From the NCBI GenBank assembly GCA_951406725.2, contig OX597822.1, positions 49,662,001 to 49,726,000 of the forward strand: a DNA stretch of 64,000 bases, written 5' to 3'. This DNA is from Octopus vulgaris (Eukaryota). Below the pieces are notes generated by a model. It saw only the letters and a program-made list of their open reading frames with translations, did not search any database and was not told the DNA's origin. Shown here piece after piece: positions 13,021 to 27,178 of this stretch (the first letter of the stretch is position 1; the number at the start of each line of letters is the position of its first letter). The position numbers were made by a program, and so were the translations under genes.

Positions 13021-16000
13021 GTAACTATCTTAATCATAGAACAGGATAGTAATAATGTAGAAGAATGAAACTATTTATACATTCATTTCGAAAAAGAAAC
13101 ACTGAAAGCTGTACATCTTTAATATTCATGAATGTCAGTCAATAATTCTGTGTATTTAAAAGAAATGGAATCTCGAAATCGTCTCGGAAAATCAACTACG
13201 ATTAGCAGTTTTAGTTTATAAATAGAAATTTGAAAGTTCTGTGCATATACCTCAGTCCTAGATCTGTCGATCTGTCACTGCATGGTATAGAAGAATCCAC
13301 TGGATTCAGAAGGAAATGACTAAATGAAAACTAATTTCACACTTGATGCACAATATATGAGATTTAGTTTGGCGAAGGTGTATATATTTTGGCAAAACTG
13401 TTACATATTAAGCTTGTATTAATGAAGCAATTTTCATAGCTCTATCAAAAGATAGAACCGGTTTTATTCATTTTTTGCCAAAGTTACGTTGATTTATGTG
13501 ACGACAAACTGAATTAGAACGTGATCACATATCAAGCTTCAACTTGACATCAGGAAGATATGAAAATTGATTTTTAATACAGAATCTGACACCTGCTATG
13601 AACGACCTTGAGGGCTGTAATTTTAAAGATTTTTTGCAATCAGTAGGATACTCATTAGAAAGAAATTTCTCGGCATTAAAATAGTGCGATTGCCACATGG
13701 ATCATAAATATAATTTTATGGTTCATATTTGACGCTCAGTCACCATAGAGTGTATAAGGTTCCGTGAGACTATCAAGAATTTAAAAAGATAGTATAAAGG
13801 AGTTAGAATGTGAGTATAATAACGGAATGTGGTTGGTTTATTAATATGTGAGCTACAGAAAAAATAGGCAAACGACGAACTCCTAAACAAAGATTTAGAA
13901 CAAAACAAAAAATGAAGATTAGAAATTATGTGCATATTGTATTTTATGTATATTTCTGTATATTCTGTTGTTTCCGAAGTGTTGTTTTACTATCTACGAA
14001 ATGCATAATTTTGAAATATGATACTTACAACCTCAATACATAAATGATTTTCAGAGTGAAAATCTAAGTTTTATATATTAATTCTTTCTAATAAATCAAT
14101 ACTTTTTATTGCAATACGGAAAATACTTGATCCTACGTAGATAATTGACTCTACATTTTATCTGGTTTCAGAAGTTTACTTTGATATCATCCTGTTAAGC
14201 AAGCTTTAATTAGATCTCAATAAACGGGTATGTTTCTTTGTCATATAGTCTCTACGTCATCGACCATAAACTAAACTACGTACATATTGCTCAAGTGAAA
14301 GACAGTGTGTTAAGTCAATCTTCTGTGCAGATGAGTCTGTGTCACTGTCCCTGTTAATGATATATTTATATTCCTTCGGGCTCGTATGTAGCCAGTATAT
14401 TTGTCACGTCTATTTTCTCATTCAACAGTCCTATTGAGTTATTGCAACAATACAAGCAAGCAAATATAAACATTTCTTGCAGCCAGCACTTTATATTACC
14501 TATATCTGAAAGGAATAATTCGTTTAGCCAACGGGTAACCTTGTGATCGCTGTTAGAATTGAAATCGCCTTCAAAGCACACTACCATTTTAAAAATTCAG
14601 GGTCACATATAACTATGTAATAGTATCCAATGTTTTGAAAATATATTAGTTTAGCTGCGACTGAACTAGTCGACCATATATCTGATCAATAAAAGTTAAA
14701 CAACAACGTGAATAAAATTGTATATGATATCATTTTACTTCCACTATTAGCTATAAGTAAAACTTGAATATAAAGTGAACAAAACCTGATATTTCACCAT
14801 CTTAGAGACAATATCTAAAAAGTATTTGTGAGTTTATACTAACAGGTTTCATATTTAATATAAGTTTACCTATTTTCATCCTTACAAATATCCATGAGTA
14901 GCACATCTATTTATACACCTGTGCGCGCGTTTGTTTAGATGTTTTCCTGACAAATATAAACGGAAATGCTGAAGAGAAAATAGTTGCACAAAATACACAG
15001 ACTGATTCATATTTCTAAAATTCTGTCTAAGTAGTCTAATTTTTAACTTCAATTTGTGATCTGTATTACAACATAGACATATTGAAGAGTTTCGCCGAAT
15101 TCGTGTCATACAATTTACTATAGAAAAATTGAATGTGATAAAAATATATTTTTACTATTACACATCCGCTTCAAAAGTAAACCAAAGTTAATATTTTGCT
15201 CTGTATCTGTATTTGATTGAGTTTGACATCTATTTAAAAGAACAAAAAACAGTAACAAATCCAAATACAAATTAAATTTTAAAAATTGGCACAGAAGCTA
15301 AACCTGAATCTATTTGTGGTATAACAGATGTAGGAATGAAATGATATCAGAAAATACAACAATAAAGATTGGTTATTAATACAATAGCTAAATATCAAAT
15401 GGTTTACATATATTGAAGGTTATAGGATTTGACAATTTTAATATCCACTAATTTTATGTTATCGAAATATAAAAAAGGATTTGCACAATATTTCGAGAAA
15501 GACAAATCATTGGTTAACTGCACTGGTATAAGTAGTCTAGATGTGAAGTAGTCGAGAGATTATAAAGCAGAGGATTCGAAATAATTTCATCGCAAAGAGA
15601 TTCTAAAAGTGTTACTTTTTGAAATGGTAATAAATAATCATCAGTGTCCGTTAATAATTCTGCGCATTTAAACAACATGTACCAGAATTTCGTAAATCAT
15701 CTTGGGCAAACCAAATGCAATGAGCAGCATGACTTGAAAATGGGACAATTCGGTGTATCTTAACGTTTATAAGTAAGGCTACCCCGTATAGTTTGCTCAG
15801 TTTCAGGCCTTTCGGTCAGGACTCTCTCACCTACTTGTCTAGTAGGATTTATAAAGTGTCATGGGCACTACTTTTCTGTCTTGACTTAAAGATCAAACTA
15901 TGTAAACTTATACTATTAATTCAGCATCTTAGGAAAGGGACGTAAGCAAATCTTGAGGTGTTACATGCAATGGGATCGGTCGATTTATCTATCTGATAAA

Positions 16001-16049
16001 GTTATTGAAATGAGACTCATGGTCCTAATTTCCTAAAGAAATACAATAT

Positions 16050-16560
16050 GCTAATTCACAATGTGCAGAGAAAGTTTGTAAAAATTAGGTCTGGAGGCGA
16101 GAAAGGGGTCAAAAGTATTAGAGTGCTTATGATTCGCAAGGGTTCAAGTAAAGTGGTGAAATTTACTGTTGTAGATATTTCAGAATAGCAAAGAATTTGG
16201 CTTGTGAATACAAAGCTGCAGTGCATGAGGGATGGAAAACCCAAGAGGAGTTGTAAACTAACAACTTCAGCTACGCATGATGCCTTAGACGCTGGGCGTG
16301 AGAAAACTGAAAAATTCATGGTTGACAAAGAACTTCACACAGCGATACAGATACAAGATAAATTGAGGAGTGAAATAGATGATTTTCGTTCAGAGGAGTT
16401 AGAAGATTTTGTTAATGAATTTCTGGTGAGAGAATGATGACTGTTACATTAGCTGGATTGTACCCTCTTACATTTGCTATATTTCAAAATTAGATTGTAT
16501 AACGTGAAGCTGACATTGGATAAATACAGGTGTGTCGGAGAGCAACTAGGTTTTGAGTTT
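16050..16560 (-). mobile_element. Degenerate CR1/Jockey-like LINE remnant
   Basis: Minus-strand NSSWVFHPSCTAAL...YLQQ resembles the SSPWF..ACAAA...YQQ linker of such LINEs. Confidence 0.3.
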
Positions 16561-18437
16561 ACGTTTCAGTGGCGCATATAGTCAAAGTGGCACCCATCCA
16601 CAAAACATTGTGAGGTTCAGGAAAAATTGTACTATAGATTTTAGTGTGATTATAGATTTGTTTACCTCTTACACGAATATTTTAAAATCATGGGGAAGAT
16701 GAAAGAAAACATTTGGACCTTAGTGATTATCGTATGGCTATCGATATTATAATCTAATGAAATTGTATGAACTAGGAATTAAACTGGTTGACAGATTTGA
16801 TGTGCATTTTAATATAAAGCCTATTCAAAACGGTAATTGAAACCTGTTGGCCTATCTTATCACTTTAAAATTAAAATAACGACTTTAACAACTCCTTTTG
16901 TTTATTATAACCACTATAGTATCTCATAAAATTGATAATGATCACTTGGTATTCTTTGATAATTGTTAATAAAATCCCACTCCATGTTTGCATTCAATTT
17001 CACTCTTCGGTTCATTTGTGGCAAAATAGGTGATGAAATGTTTGAAGTAAGTTAATAAATCAGCCTTAATTTATACATTGTATTGTGTGGTTAGTTAATG
17101 AATAGTTAGCAGGTAGTTAATGAATAGTTTGGGTATTGGATTTTGCATTCTCATTACTGACATAAGAGTAAACGTTAGCACTCTACAATAGTTGCTTTAT
17201 TGAAACAATGATCGATATTTCTAAATATCGTACAAAACTCCGGCCTGTATTTTTGTTTAAAACGCTTAAGTAATCAGAATGGATATAGTGTAAGAGAGAA
17301 TAAAATATTTGACTTTCATTACCAGAAAGGTAACGATGTGAAATTTTGATCTATGTAACTACACACTCTAACCTAATTACATAATCAGAATTAATGCGTT
17401 TATTTTCTATAATGCAAACAGCATTTGTGATTAGACTTTAGCCAACTCTGACTACAATGAACTTCTACTATGTGGCCTTGAATAACTTACTTAATAGATG
17501 TTTAATTATTGTAATTAGCTTCCATCCATTTCTTACAATTCAGTGACTAAATGCCAAACACTAACAGGTAATCCTAGAATACTGGCGATGTGGTGTTGAC
17601 TATTAATTAAATATAATTACAAATTAATCCTTCACTATATCACTTTATTTACAACCCCTCTGTGATTCAGATGGCTGTCTTAGAATGTGAGGGTATTCTC
17701 GTTAATGAGTTAAGTGATGTTAATGAGTTTAGTCAGTAATGGAATAATATCTTCACTGTTTGTAGAAATAAAACCTATCCTAGTACTTTTTCTAATAACT
17801 GAGTGTGAAAGAAAGACTAGCGATCCTGACATTTGCAAGTGGGGACCGGTGAGGTTGCTGTCGTTAATCTTGTCCTTAAATGTACGCTTATTTACAGTAA
17901 AATAGTATGTAACATTAGGAACAAGTACTTAAGTTTTTGTTTATCCTTTTGTTTTGGGGATAAATAATCGTACTAATCGCACATATCCTACTAAACCTTT
18001 GTCAGATGTTTCTCTGCCTTGACTGTCCCCTTGTAATCTTCAGTCATAGTATATCTGGGAATGTATTATTGCATGTGTATTTTATATTTACATGATACAC
18101 TAATAAATTCATGAAGCTGCAACTCCCATGATAAGAAATCTTGCTCTGCAATCTAATCCTTATATTTCTTCGCTTATCTCAGAAAACAGACACAGTGTAT
18201 CGAAAATTACATTATCTACCCTGTCCTACCTTTCATTATGATGCTAGGGTGATTTCAGAAAAAATTGGGTACGTTTGCTTTCAGATGAAATGATGACAGC
18301 ATGAAGGATACTTCATTGATTTGTCTTATTTTTGCGTAAATTTATTGAATAAATTTATTGAATAAATAATTGTTTAAAGCAAGTGTTTCAGACTTGTGAT
18401 AAGCAAAACGTTTTTTTAAATATACTTTACTCATTAG

Positions 18438-18826
18438 AGCGGTGAGCTGTCAGATGCGTTGGCACGCCAGGCGAAATACTTAGCGGTATTTCGCCTGCCG
18501 CTACGTTCTGAGTTCAAATTCTGCAGAGGTCGATTTTGCCTTTCATCCTTTCGGGGTCGATTAAATATGTACCAGTTACGCACTGGGGTCAATATAATCG
18601 ACTTAATCCGTTTGTCTGCCCTTGTTTGTCCTCTCTGTGTTTAGCCCCTTGTGGGTAGTAAAGAAATAGGTATTTCGTCTTCAAACTCTGCCGAGGTCGA
18701 CTTTGCCTTTCGGGGTCGATTAAATAAGTACCAGTTACGCACTGGGGTCGATGTAATCGACTTAATCTCTTTGTCTGTCCTTCTTTGTCCCCTTTATGTT
18801 TAACCCCCTATGAACAGTAAAGAAAT
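18438..18826 (+). mobile_element. Dimeric octopus-type tRNA SINE with 20-bp TSD
   Basis: One head (gcggtgagctg...) and two tandem bodies. Flanks aaatatactttactcattag (18418-18437) and aaatatattttactcattag (18827-18846). Confidence 0.9.
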
Positions 18827-19615
18827 AAATATATTTTACTCATTAGGGTTACTAAATAACCGATTTTACTGTAGAATTAACTCAGAACATTTCGAAGAGG
18901 GAGTGAGTCGAGTTTGATATATCAAACTGAAATATCTTTGAAAAGTCAGTAGTATTTATGTCTGGAAATTAGCAGAACTGAAGAAACAAAAATGAATGAA
19001 AGTATCATTTATTACTTATTTTGTAGCGGATTTTAGTTAAAACATGTTTACAAAGATTGGCCTAGATTCTCCGAGGGCAAAAAAAAATGTAAAAATCAAA
19101 TCAGCTACGAGCAATAAACGATATAAAAGTAAGAGAAGTGTAAAGAAAAAGAGAAGGAATATTGACGTCTGAAAAGTAGAATTAATGCTGAATACGATGA
19201 AATTTCAAAACATATCTTTCGTGTTGAACAGTGTTGCTGTTTTGTTTTGAGGAAGAATATAGTATTCCTGCTGTAATCCTATTAGTCGTGCGATATTTAA
19301 GTCGGTGTGATATATAATCTGCTCCTGCAGTGTCTTTCGTATTCAATATTTTTGGTTGGTTGCCATACCACCAGTAGTAAACTGTTACAGTCGGAATTAC
19401 AAAAGTGATTAAAATTTCCCGAAATTTATTCATGACTGATGTAAGGCAATACTCAGTTGCAAAATTTTACACCCCCTCCCCTTCACACGTATGCATGCGT
19501 GTTTATAAATAAATTCCTTTAAGCGAAAGACAGTATGAAGCAAACGTGTTTAAACTGTCAAATTTGATTTTCCCTTTTTATCTGATTATCTTTTAAGATT
19601 ATTTTATCGACAAAC

Positions 19616-19686
<71 letters not shown>

Positions 19687-20146
19687 TATATAGCTAAATC
19701 AGATGCATTAGTTCACTAATATGAAATGTAAACATAAAGATCAATTGTTAGATTATTGGGCAACTTGGAAAATTTATTGCATATCAAATTTGCTATTTCG
19801 GAAAGATTTTGTTTTTATTCAATCAATAGAAAGAAAGATCGAATTTGTGAAATGATTCAGCAGGTGATTGATTTTAAAGTTACAATTGATTGCAAAAATA
19901 AACATTAATATAATATAATATTTTCTTATATTGACAGAATACAGTGTTAAACTTTGTAATGAGGGAGGGTGCGCAATAGATGAAATTGACATCCTACTAG
20001 TACTTGACTGTTAGTTATAAGAGAAATGCTGGAAGAACGAAATATTAATACAGATTTCATTGGATTTGAGACAAGAATGTAAATTAGTCTCAATATCCAC
20101 CGCTTATGAGAATATGGGAATATAATATAATGAATATCGGGTGTTT

Positions 20147-20335
20147 AAGGCAGCGAGCTGGCAGAATCTTTAGCACACCGGTCAAAATGCTTGGCGGCAT
20201 TTCATTCATCTTTACGTTCTGGGTTCAAATTCCATCGCGGTTGATTTTGCCTTTCCATCCTTTCGGAGGTAACAAAATAAGTAACAGTTAAATACCGGGG
20301 TCAAAGTAATCTAGTTACATCCTTCCACAAAATTA
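20147..20335 (+). mobile_element. Octopus-type tRNA SINE
   Basis: aaggcagcgagctggcagaatc...gggttcaaattcc...gcctttccatcctttcggagg. Confidence 0.85.
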
Positions 20336-20783
20336 GTAGTTTCCAAATACTAAAATACTGAAGGTTTCGACTGACACAGATCAGATACAAACAAGGAGCA
20401 TAACACTGAATAAGACAAACAATATATTACAATATTAAATGCGTGTTTCTGAAGGAAGATTTATTGAAGGAAATATATGTGTAAACTGCCTAGTTAAAAG
20501 TTTGGGGAACGAAAGACATTAGTGACTTCGAAAAAAGTAGACTATAATATACAAAGTATCCTGTGTGTATACAGTTTTAAGTATAGATGAGTAGAGCAAC
20601 TTGAATTAAAGTTGTAAGTGTAAAATCGGAAGTGTCGCTTGTTGGAAAGCTAGAATTTCTTGAGGAATTAAGAGTTGCTTATTATTCGCTTTTTTATATT
20701 TTGGTTGAGAAGTGTAAGGCTTGTCTGGGTTGTAGTTCCGACGATTCAGACAACAGACAAGAAATCTGAAGTATGAATACATA

Positions 20784-22011
20784 CAGAGATATGACATAAG
20801 AAACTAGACACACCATAAAACATGCTTATTTTAACTTGAAAACGTTTATATGTTTATTAATTGAGATTTCTATGTTTTAAAGTTCCATAGGTGGCTGTTT
20901 AATCATGATACTTACAAAACAATCCTTGGGGCTGTCCGAATTTGAAAGAGGCCGTATTGTGGGTCAATCTGAAGGTGGATTTAGTCAGAGTAAAATCGCA
21001 GTTGCTCTACTCATCTATACTTAAAATCAATAGTTAATAGAGTGATTGTGTAATTCAGCAGATAGGGAAAGGAGACCACACCATCCATCCCATGTCAACC
21101 AGAGCCTCTGACGCGACCCTTCACTTTGTTAGTATGGAGAAGTATGGAGGATGATCCTCATTGCAAGGCCTCCCTCATAGCAGAACAAGTTGATATCAGT
21201 CCCAGAATAGCTGTCAAGTATCTCCACAAACTTGGGTGCTATGGCAGAGCAGCAAGAAGAAATCCACTTCCTATATCAAGCGGAGAAAAGATTGGGCCAG
21301 CGAGATGGTGAAGAGGCCAGTAGCATTTTGGGACATATTCTCTGATGAGTCCATATTTGCTGTATTTTTTGGCAGTGGTCGAGTGTGGGTCTGGGGACTC
21401 TGTGATCAAGAATTTTACGTGACAAAATTGCAGTCAATAATGAAATACGGCCGCTATTCTGTGATGGTATGAGGAGCAATTTGGAGCAAACGTCGATCAA
21501 AGCTGGTGGAGTGTGAGAGAAAAATAAACTTAAATATGTATCCATATTACAAAAAGGACTCCTTCAAGTCTTCTCCAATTATGAAATAATTAGACTTTTA
21601 TTATGGAAGATGCGGTTCCTTTTCACACAGCTAAAAAGATCAAAGATTTGTTGGAAGGGAATGGCATTCAAAAACTTCCATGGCCAAACCAGTCACCAGA
21701 TGTGAATTCTGTTGAACACATCTAGGGCATAATAGACAGGACACTTCGTAAAAAGAATAAGGAAGCATCTTCAAAGCCAGATCGTTTGAGATCATTTCAT
21801 GAAACTTGACAAGAAATTCCTTAATTGAATATTCGTTATCTCATATGTAGCATACCTAATAATATCCTTGCATTTTTCAAATGCAAGTGCCATGTCTACC
21901 AAATATTAGATATTCACTTTATAACAAGTAATAAATAATTTTAAAAAACTATTTCAGACCTAAATAAATTTTATCGATTATATGGGTGTCTATTTACCTC
22001 TGACATGTCTG
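20784..22011 (+). mobile_element. Tc1-family (DD34E) DNA transposon, full-length but decayed
   Basis: LSEFERGRIVG N-terminus, FSDES, and D-AVPFHT...WPNQSPDVNSV-E with 34-residue spacing. Loose TIRs (ta|cagagatatgacataagaaactagacacacc and ggtgtctatttacctctgacatgtctg|ta) have TA flanks. Confidence 0.85.
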
Positions 22012-23065
22012 TAAGCTTTGTAAAGCGACAAAAACGTACATGTGGAAGTCATTTTTGGTCCTGTCGTTAACGAAAACAGTTTCGTATATATAAAATAAAA
22101 TGTTTCACAAAACTCTAAAAAATTGTTTGTGTATATATGGGTTTGTATTTAAGTTATATAGAAACCAATGTCAAGTATTACTCTTTTTGTAAGAGGAATG
22201 TAATTAAGTGCGTCCATTTCCGCTTGTCAGTTTCTACGTTAATATTCTCATGATTAGAGAGACAATATTATCCTTAGCAAATTTGATCCATTGTTGAAAA
22301 GGAAGAGATGTATTTATGAAGTATATTCTCCATTGTTTCAGACTACTTCAATGGCATATAAATGAATATAATACTCCATTGAGTTGGTGATGATAATTAA
22401 GTCAAATAAACACCGACATAAACACCACGAGAAAAGTAAACATGACCTAGCAGAATGCAATATCCAATGGTAAAAATATAAAAGTGAAGACACTACCGTC
22501 AGTTCTTCAAATACACAGAGATAAAGCAGAAATCATATTATATATTCTAGAATCGGTAAAATAAATTGCATGAATATCCATCCCACACTAAACAAACAAT
22601 CACTAAATTATATTCTGTTCTTCAAACATAACCTGGATGCAGCAACGGCACTTAACTGAAACGAAATCAATAAGCCGTACTAGTATTCTGTGCGTGCTAT
22701 CTTCATCCGCTCCAGATGATGATCAATATCAGTGAACTAGATTCAACATCGCCTTCATGACTATGAATACGATGTCTAATTTCCTTTCTTTGCTTTATTA
22801 GTTTAAACATACTGTTCGATTAGGGTCGAACTATCATATTTATATGATTGACACTGATAATCACAGAAAGGTGAGTTTGTTGGTAAATTACGCAACACTG
22901 ACATGAAAAAGTTGACAATTATAGGAGGTAGTGCCCCATAATTTCAAGAATAGTTCGTTCAACCAGAAACGGTTATATACTCATTACAGCGTACGTTCTT
23001 TAAGATATGATATACAGATAAATGGCTAAGCTGTAGAGTTGATATCCAGTGACGTATATAGAGTA

Positions 23066-23280
23066 GATAATCGGTGGACGCACGCAGTTGTCGAGTGGTA
23101 CCCGCGTGAGCGGAAAAGACCACCCGGAAGACCTCCACGACGGCGGAGTGACGATATCAAGAGGACGATTGGGATCACGTGGATGAGAAAGGTGTGATCC
23201 AGAGAGGAGTGGAGAGCGTGCTGTAGCCAGCGGTGTCAAATGGACGCCTGACGGACTGGTCGGTGAAAGTGATCCAAGTG
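23066..23280 (+). mobile_element. 5'-truncated RTE-clade LINE 3' end with 10-bp TSD
   Basis: DNRWTHAVVEWYPRERKRPPGRPPRRRSDDI...W...REEWR is the RTE C-terminal motif. TSD atatagagta at 23056-23065 and 23281-23290. GC-rich island. Confidence 0.85.
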
Positions 23281-24100
23281 ATATAGAGTATAGGAATTAT
23301 ATAAATATTATTAACGAGTTCCACTCATTCCGATGATGACTTAATTAAAATAAAATAAATATGATAATTTGAAATTAATGAAGTTAAATTCTATTTTAAA
23401 AGATGTAAACAAGAGTCAGAAAACTGGTCTGTAATGACATTGAAATGAATTCATATTTATTGTAAATCTCTAGAAACATTGTATTGAAAGTGACCTTTAA
23501 AAAGGTGTATGGACATTATGTATCATAACAGATTTACAGGACCTCGCGCTATAATAACAAACGTACATTTCTTTGATAGAATTAGATCTGGATTTGACAG
23601 CATGCTGTCGTGGAAGACCAAAAATAGATTTCAGCAAAAGCACAGTGATTCGTTTTGAAAATCAATCTAAATCGAAGCTTTCAGAAACCTACTTTTCAAA
23701 TATATGAATTCGAAATAATTGGGGTGGAAGCCAGAAAAGAAAATATTTAGAATATAATAGTCGAGTGTAAAAGACATAAATACAATTATATATTGACTGT
23801 ATATTCTATATTGGTTGTGTACATATATACCCAACATTGTTTTTGATGATGTTGACCAGCCATAGTTATTTATACTTAAAGTGCATTCGATATATCATGG
23901 CTTCAAATATTGTTGTATATTCTACCATGCTCTGTTTTGAAGTATATGAAAAAGCACAATATATTCCATTCAATTCGCTATTTTGTCTGTGTGCATTTTA
24001 TATTGGGAAATTTTAGAGCCAAATGTAGCTAAACGCGGCATAGTTCATTTAAGCAGTATGAAATATCTGAAATAGATCGGTGTATATTATTTAGAGTTAG

Positions 24101-26823
24101 AGTTGTATTCTTACAATGTTGGATTTTTATAACGCCCACTTCGATATATAGCATTGTTCGGCATGCCCACTTCGGTATGCAGTATACTTATTAAAACCAG
24201 TAAAACACGACTATCACTGACCACCTATTACTTACTTTGGTACTTCACATACTTCTCTTTACTAATAGTGACTAGCTTATTACATTCGTCACGTAGGAGG
24301 GGCGTACCGTTATTACTAATTCCCAACAACATCCCCCCTTTTAAGTTTTCTCTTAAGTATTATTTTATTTAGCAATATTTTTTATCTATTCACTCCACCT
24401 CTCATATTTTAGTTTCTTTCGTACAATTTAAAATTGTTTGCGCTTGGCATCTATTTTCAGGAACTCTGTATGTTTTTCTCTCTCACTTGTACGCTCGGGT
24501 TCAATCACTTGCAATGATGTTGATACTTGGAACGTATCGTTCAACTATTCGATCGGTTCCTCCAACTTCTTTGTTTCGCTTTCCACGAAACTCTTTTTCA
24601 ATTGGTTCCTGTGTCTCTTTTGTATGCCTTTTCTACATTTTACCCAATACATCATTTTACCTATATGTTTGGTAAGTACGCCATCCTCCCAACTCTGCTT
24701 TCCATTCTTGTATGCGCTCATATACACCTTTTCTATAATTTTAAGGTATCTTGCTATGTCTTCTTTGGTACTTTTTCTTTTCTTGCCAGGTAGCAATATA
24801 TCAAAGACTGACTTTGCTTTCTTTACAAACATCAGCTCCATTGGTGAACTACCTGCTGGTGTATTCAGATTTGTTGTCACACGGTACACACTTAAAAAAA
24901 TGTTGAAGAGCTGCCTCATCTTCATACAACATCTTGTGTAGGATGCCCAATATTGCAAACAATTCGTGTAAAAAATTTAACACAGCTAAGGAGGTTGGGT
25001 GTTTACACTTACAAATTTCAGGTCATTTCGAGAAAATATTAGCTACCACTAATTAGTAAGAACTTTAAAGGACCAACGAAATCGATGTGTAGCCTCGACC
25101 ACGGAACATCTACTTTTGAACAAAGTTTACTTCTTATCCTGCGTAATTTTTCATTTCTTTTTGGCTTACATAGAGGTGTTTCACTCTGTTTTACTGAACC
25201 AAATATATTTCCACACATAACACTTATGGGCGTATACCACAACTGAATAGTTCCACCCGCTCTGCCAAATAACTTAAGTGCACTTTTAACACATATATCT
25301 TTGCCTTTTTCGTTTGACTTAGAAATGTTACATTACATACGAATTCCCCGAAAAAATATAATCTTTTCCACGTAACACCATGTGCCACCTCTTTCGATTT
25401 AATTAATTTGGGCTTACCGACATATTTCCAAGTATTTTCGTTTATAATGGTGATATCCCTTCCAATGTGTAATTTCATTTTAACACTCGTATTTCTAATT
25501 TTCACCTTCACGAATTTTCTCATCGCTATATTACCAATTTTTTCCGATTACACTATTTATAATTTATCCTCTGTTCCGAAGTTTTATCATCTTCGTTCTA
25601 CAGTGCGTCTTTATATGTCCTTTTTCCACAACGAAAGCACTCCACTTTTTTAAATGGATAATTTTTCCTCAAGTGTATACTTCCACATGCAAAACAGGTT
25701 TATTTCCCGATTTTTGTTGTGTTTTTTTTAGAAAACGCTTTGTCTCTATTCTGAATTTTTCGCACTTGATTTACTTGGAAACAATCTTTACGTTCAGCTT
25801 CTTCTGTGTCGTGTCTTAATTTGGCTATCCTTTCACATTCTTCTGACACCCACTCTAGGGTTACATCCTCGTTTTGTTCCAGCTTTGCGAGAATTCTAGT
25901 TCTAACTTCTGCGTCCTTTTTGGCAGAGATTGCTTGTGTAAATATCAGGCATTTGCATATATTTGGCGTTAATTCGTCCAGCTTGAACTTCTAGCATTCC
26001 GTTTAATCTACCAGCATATGTGATGTAGTCCTCTTCGTTGTTTTTCTCTACGTTCAGACTCTTCCAACGAGTGCTGAACAATGAACATTTTTCACTGAAA
26101 ATTTTACGCAATAAAATTATTGTGTTATTAAAGTGTAAGTCAGAAGGTTTCTTGGGAGTACATAATTACCGTATCATTCATGTTCTGTTGCCGCCAGTTT
26201 CCCTAAGGCTAAGCGTTTTTTTCCTCTTGTCGTCCCAATCGCTTCATTCTTTCTCGAATATTTGCTCGTATCTTCTGCAGTATGCTTCGAAGGCAATTCC
26301 TTCGTTAGGTTGGTATTTGAACTCTGTTTTGGAGTTCGTGAAACTTTAAAAAAAATTTCCTGACGACTTCATTAAATGCAGCAATTGTTGCTGTAATAGT
26401 AATTATTGTTGTTGTTGTTCTTTTAGTTGTTGTTGTTGTTGCTGTTTTTGCAACTCGAGCAAACCGGACAACGGATTTTCCATTATTTTTATGTTGTTTT
26501 TTTTCGTAAAATTCACACAGCAAAACTTTATGAGTTTGTTAACTTCTCGTGAGTTGTTAATTCCTCGTAAGTTGTTTAAATCCTCGTCGAGTTTATTAAT
26601 TCCTCATGAGTTGTTTGAATCCTCGTCGCCACTATTATAATCCTTAAAATGTTGGATTGTTATAACGCCCATTTCGGCATACTGTATTCTTAGTGAAACC
26701 AGTAAAGATACGACTATCTCTGACCGCCTACTACCTACCTTGGTACTTCAGTACTTCTCTTTACTATTTTATTCGATTTGTCATGTGGGAGGAGTGTACC
26801 ATTATTACTAATTCCCTATAACA
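24101..26823 (-). mobile_element. Internally deleted Gypsy (Mag-like) LTR retrotransposon
   Basis: LTRs at 24101-24331 and 26633-26823; PBS TGGCGACGAGG (26621-26631); PPT aaaagggggga beside the 3' LTR; 5-bp TSD gttag/gtaag. Broken gag (RTRILAKLEQ), protease-like (LHIGRDITII) and integrase (PWSRLHIDFVGP, SSPMELMF) segments; no RT/RNaseH seen. Confidence 0.85.
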
Positions 26824-27178
26824 GTAAGAAGTCGATTATATTTACGATATACAGTAATAATTTACATTTTCTATTTGTCTCTTTTTTGTGTTAAAGAGTT
26901 TCGGTTTATTACATGCATTGTGAAACCGAATTTTATTGAATATATTGAATAATCTTGAAAACATTACATAGATAACATGGCAACAATTTGAAAAATATTA
27001 ATAGATAACATGAAGGTTATAGAAATGTGTCTTATTGCCATAGCAATATAAATGTGAAACAGAACTTAATGAAATAGTGTTAGCAGCTAGAATGGTTGCG
27101 AAGCTGTATGTCAGAGAAGTTAACGTGGAACTGAATTAGGTTTGCCAAAAAAGACTTGCTTTATAACAAATGATCGTC

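Noticed and set aside
14366-14587. ORF with GDFN, suggestive of an APE endonuclease
   Set aside because: Single short motif with no other endonuclease motifs in register.
21340-21360. CTGATGA hammerhead-like core
   Set aside because: It is the FSDES codons of the Tc1 transposase; no stem II or GAAA follows.
26540-26631. Short repeats resembling a CRISPR array
   Set aside because: Tandem units without unique spacers, inside a eukaryotic LTR element; no cas genes.
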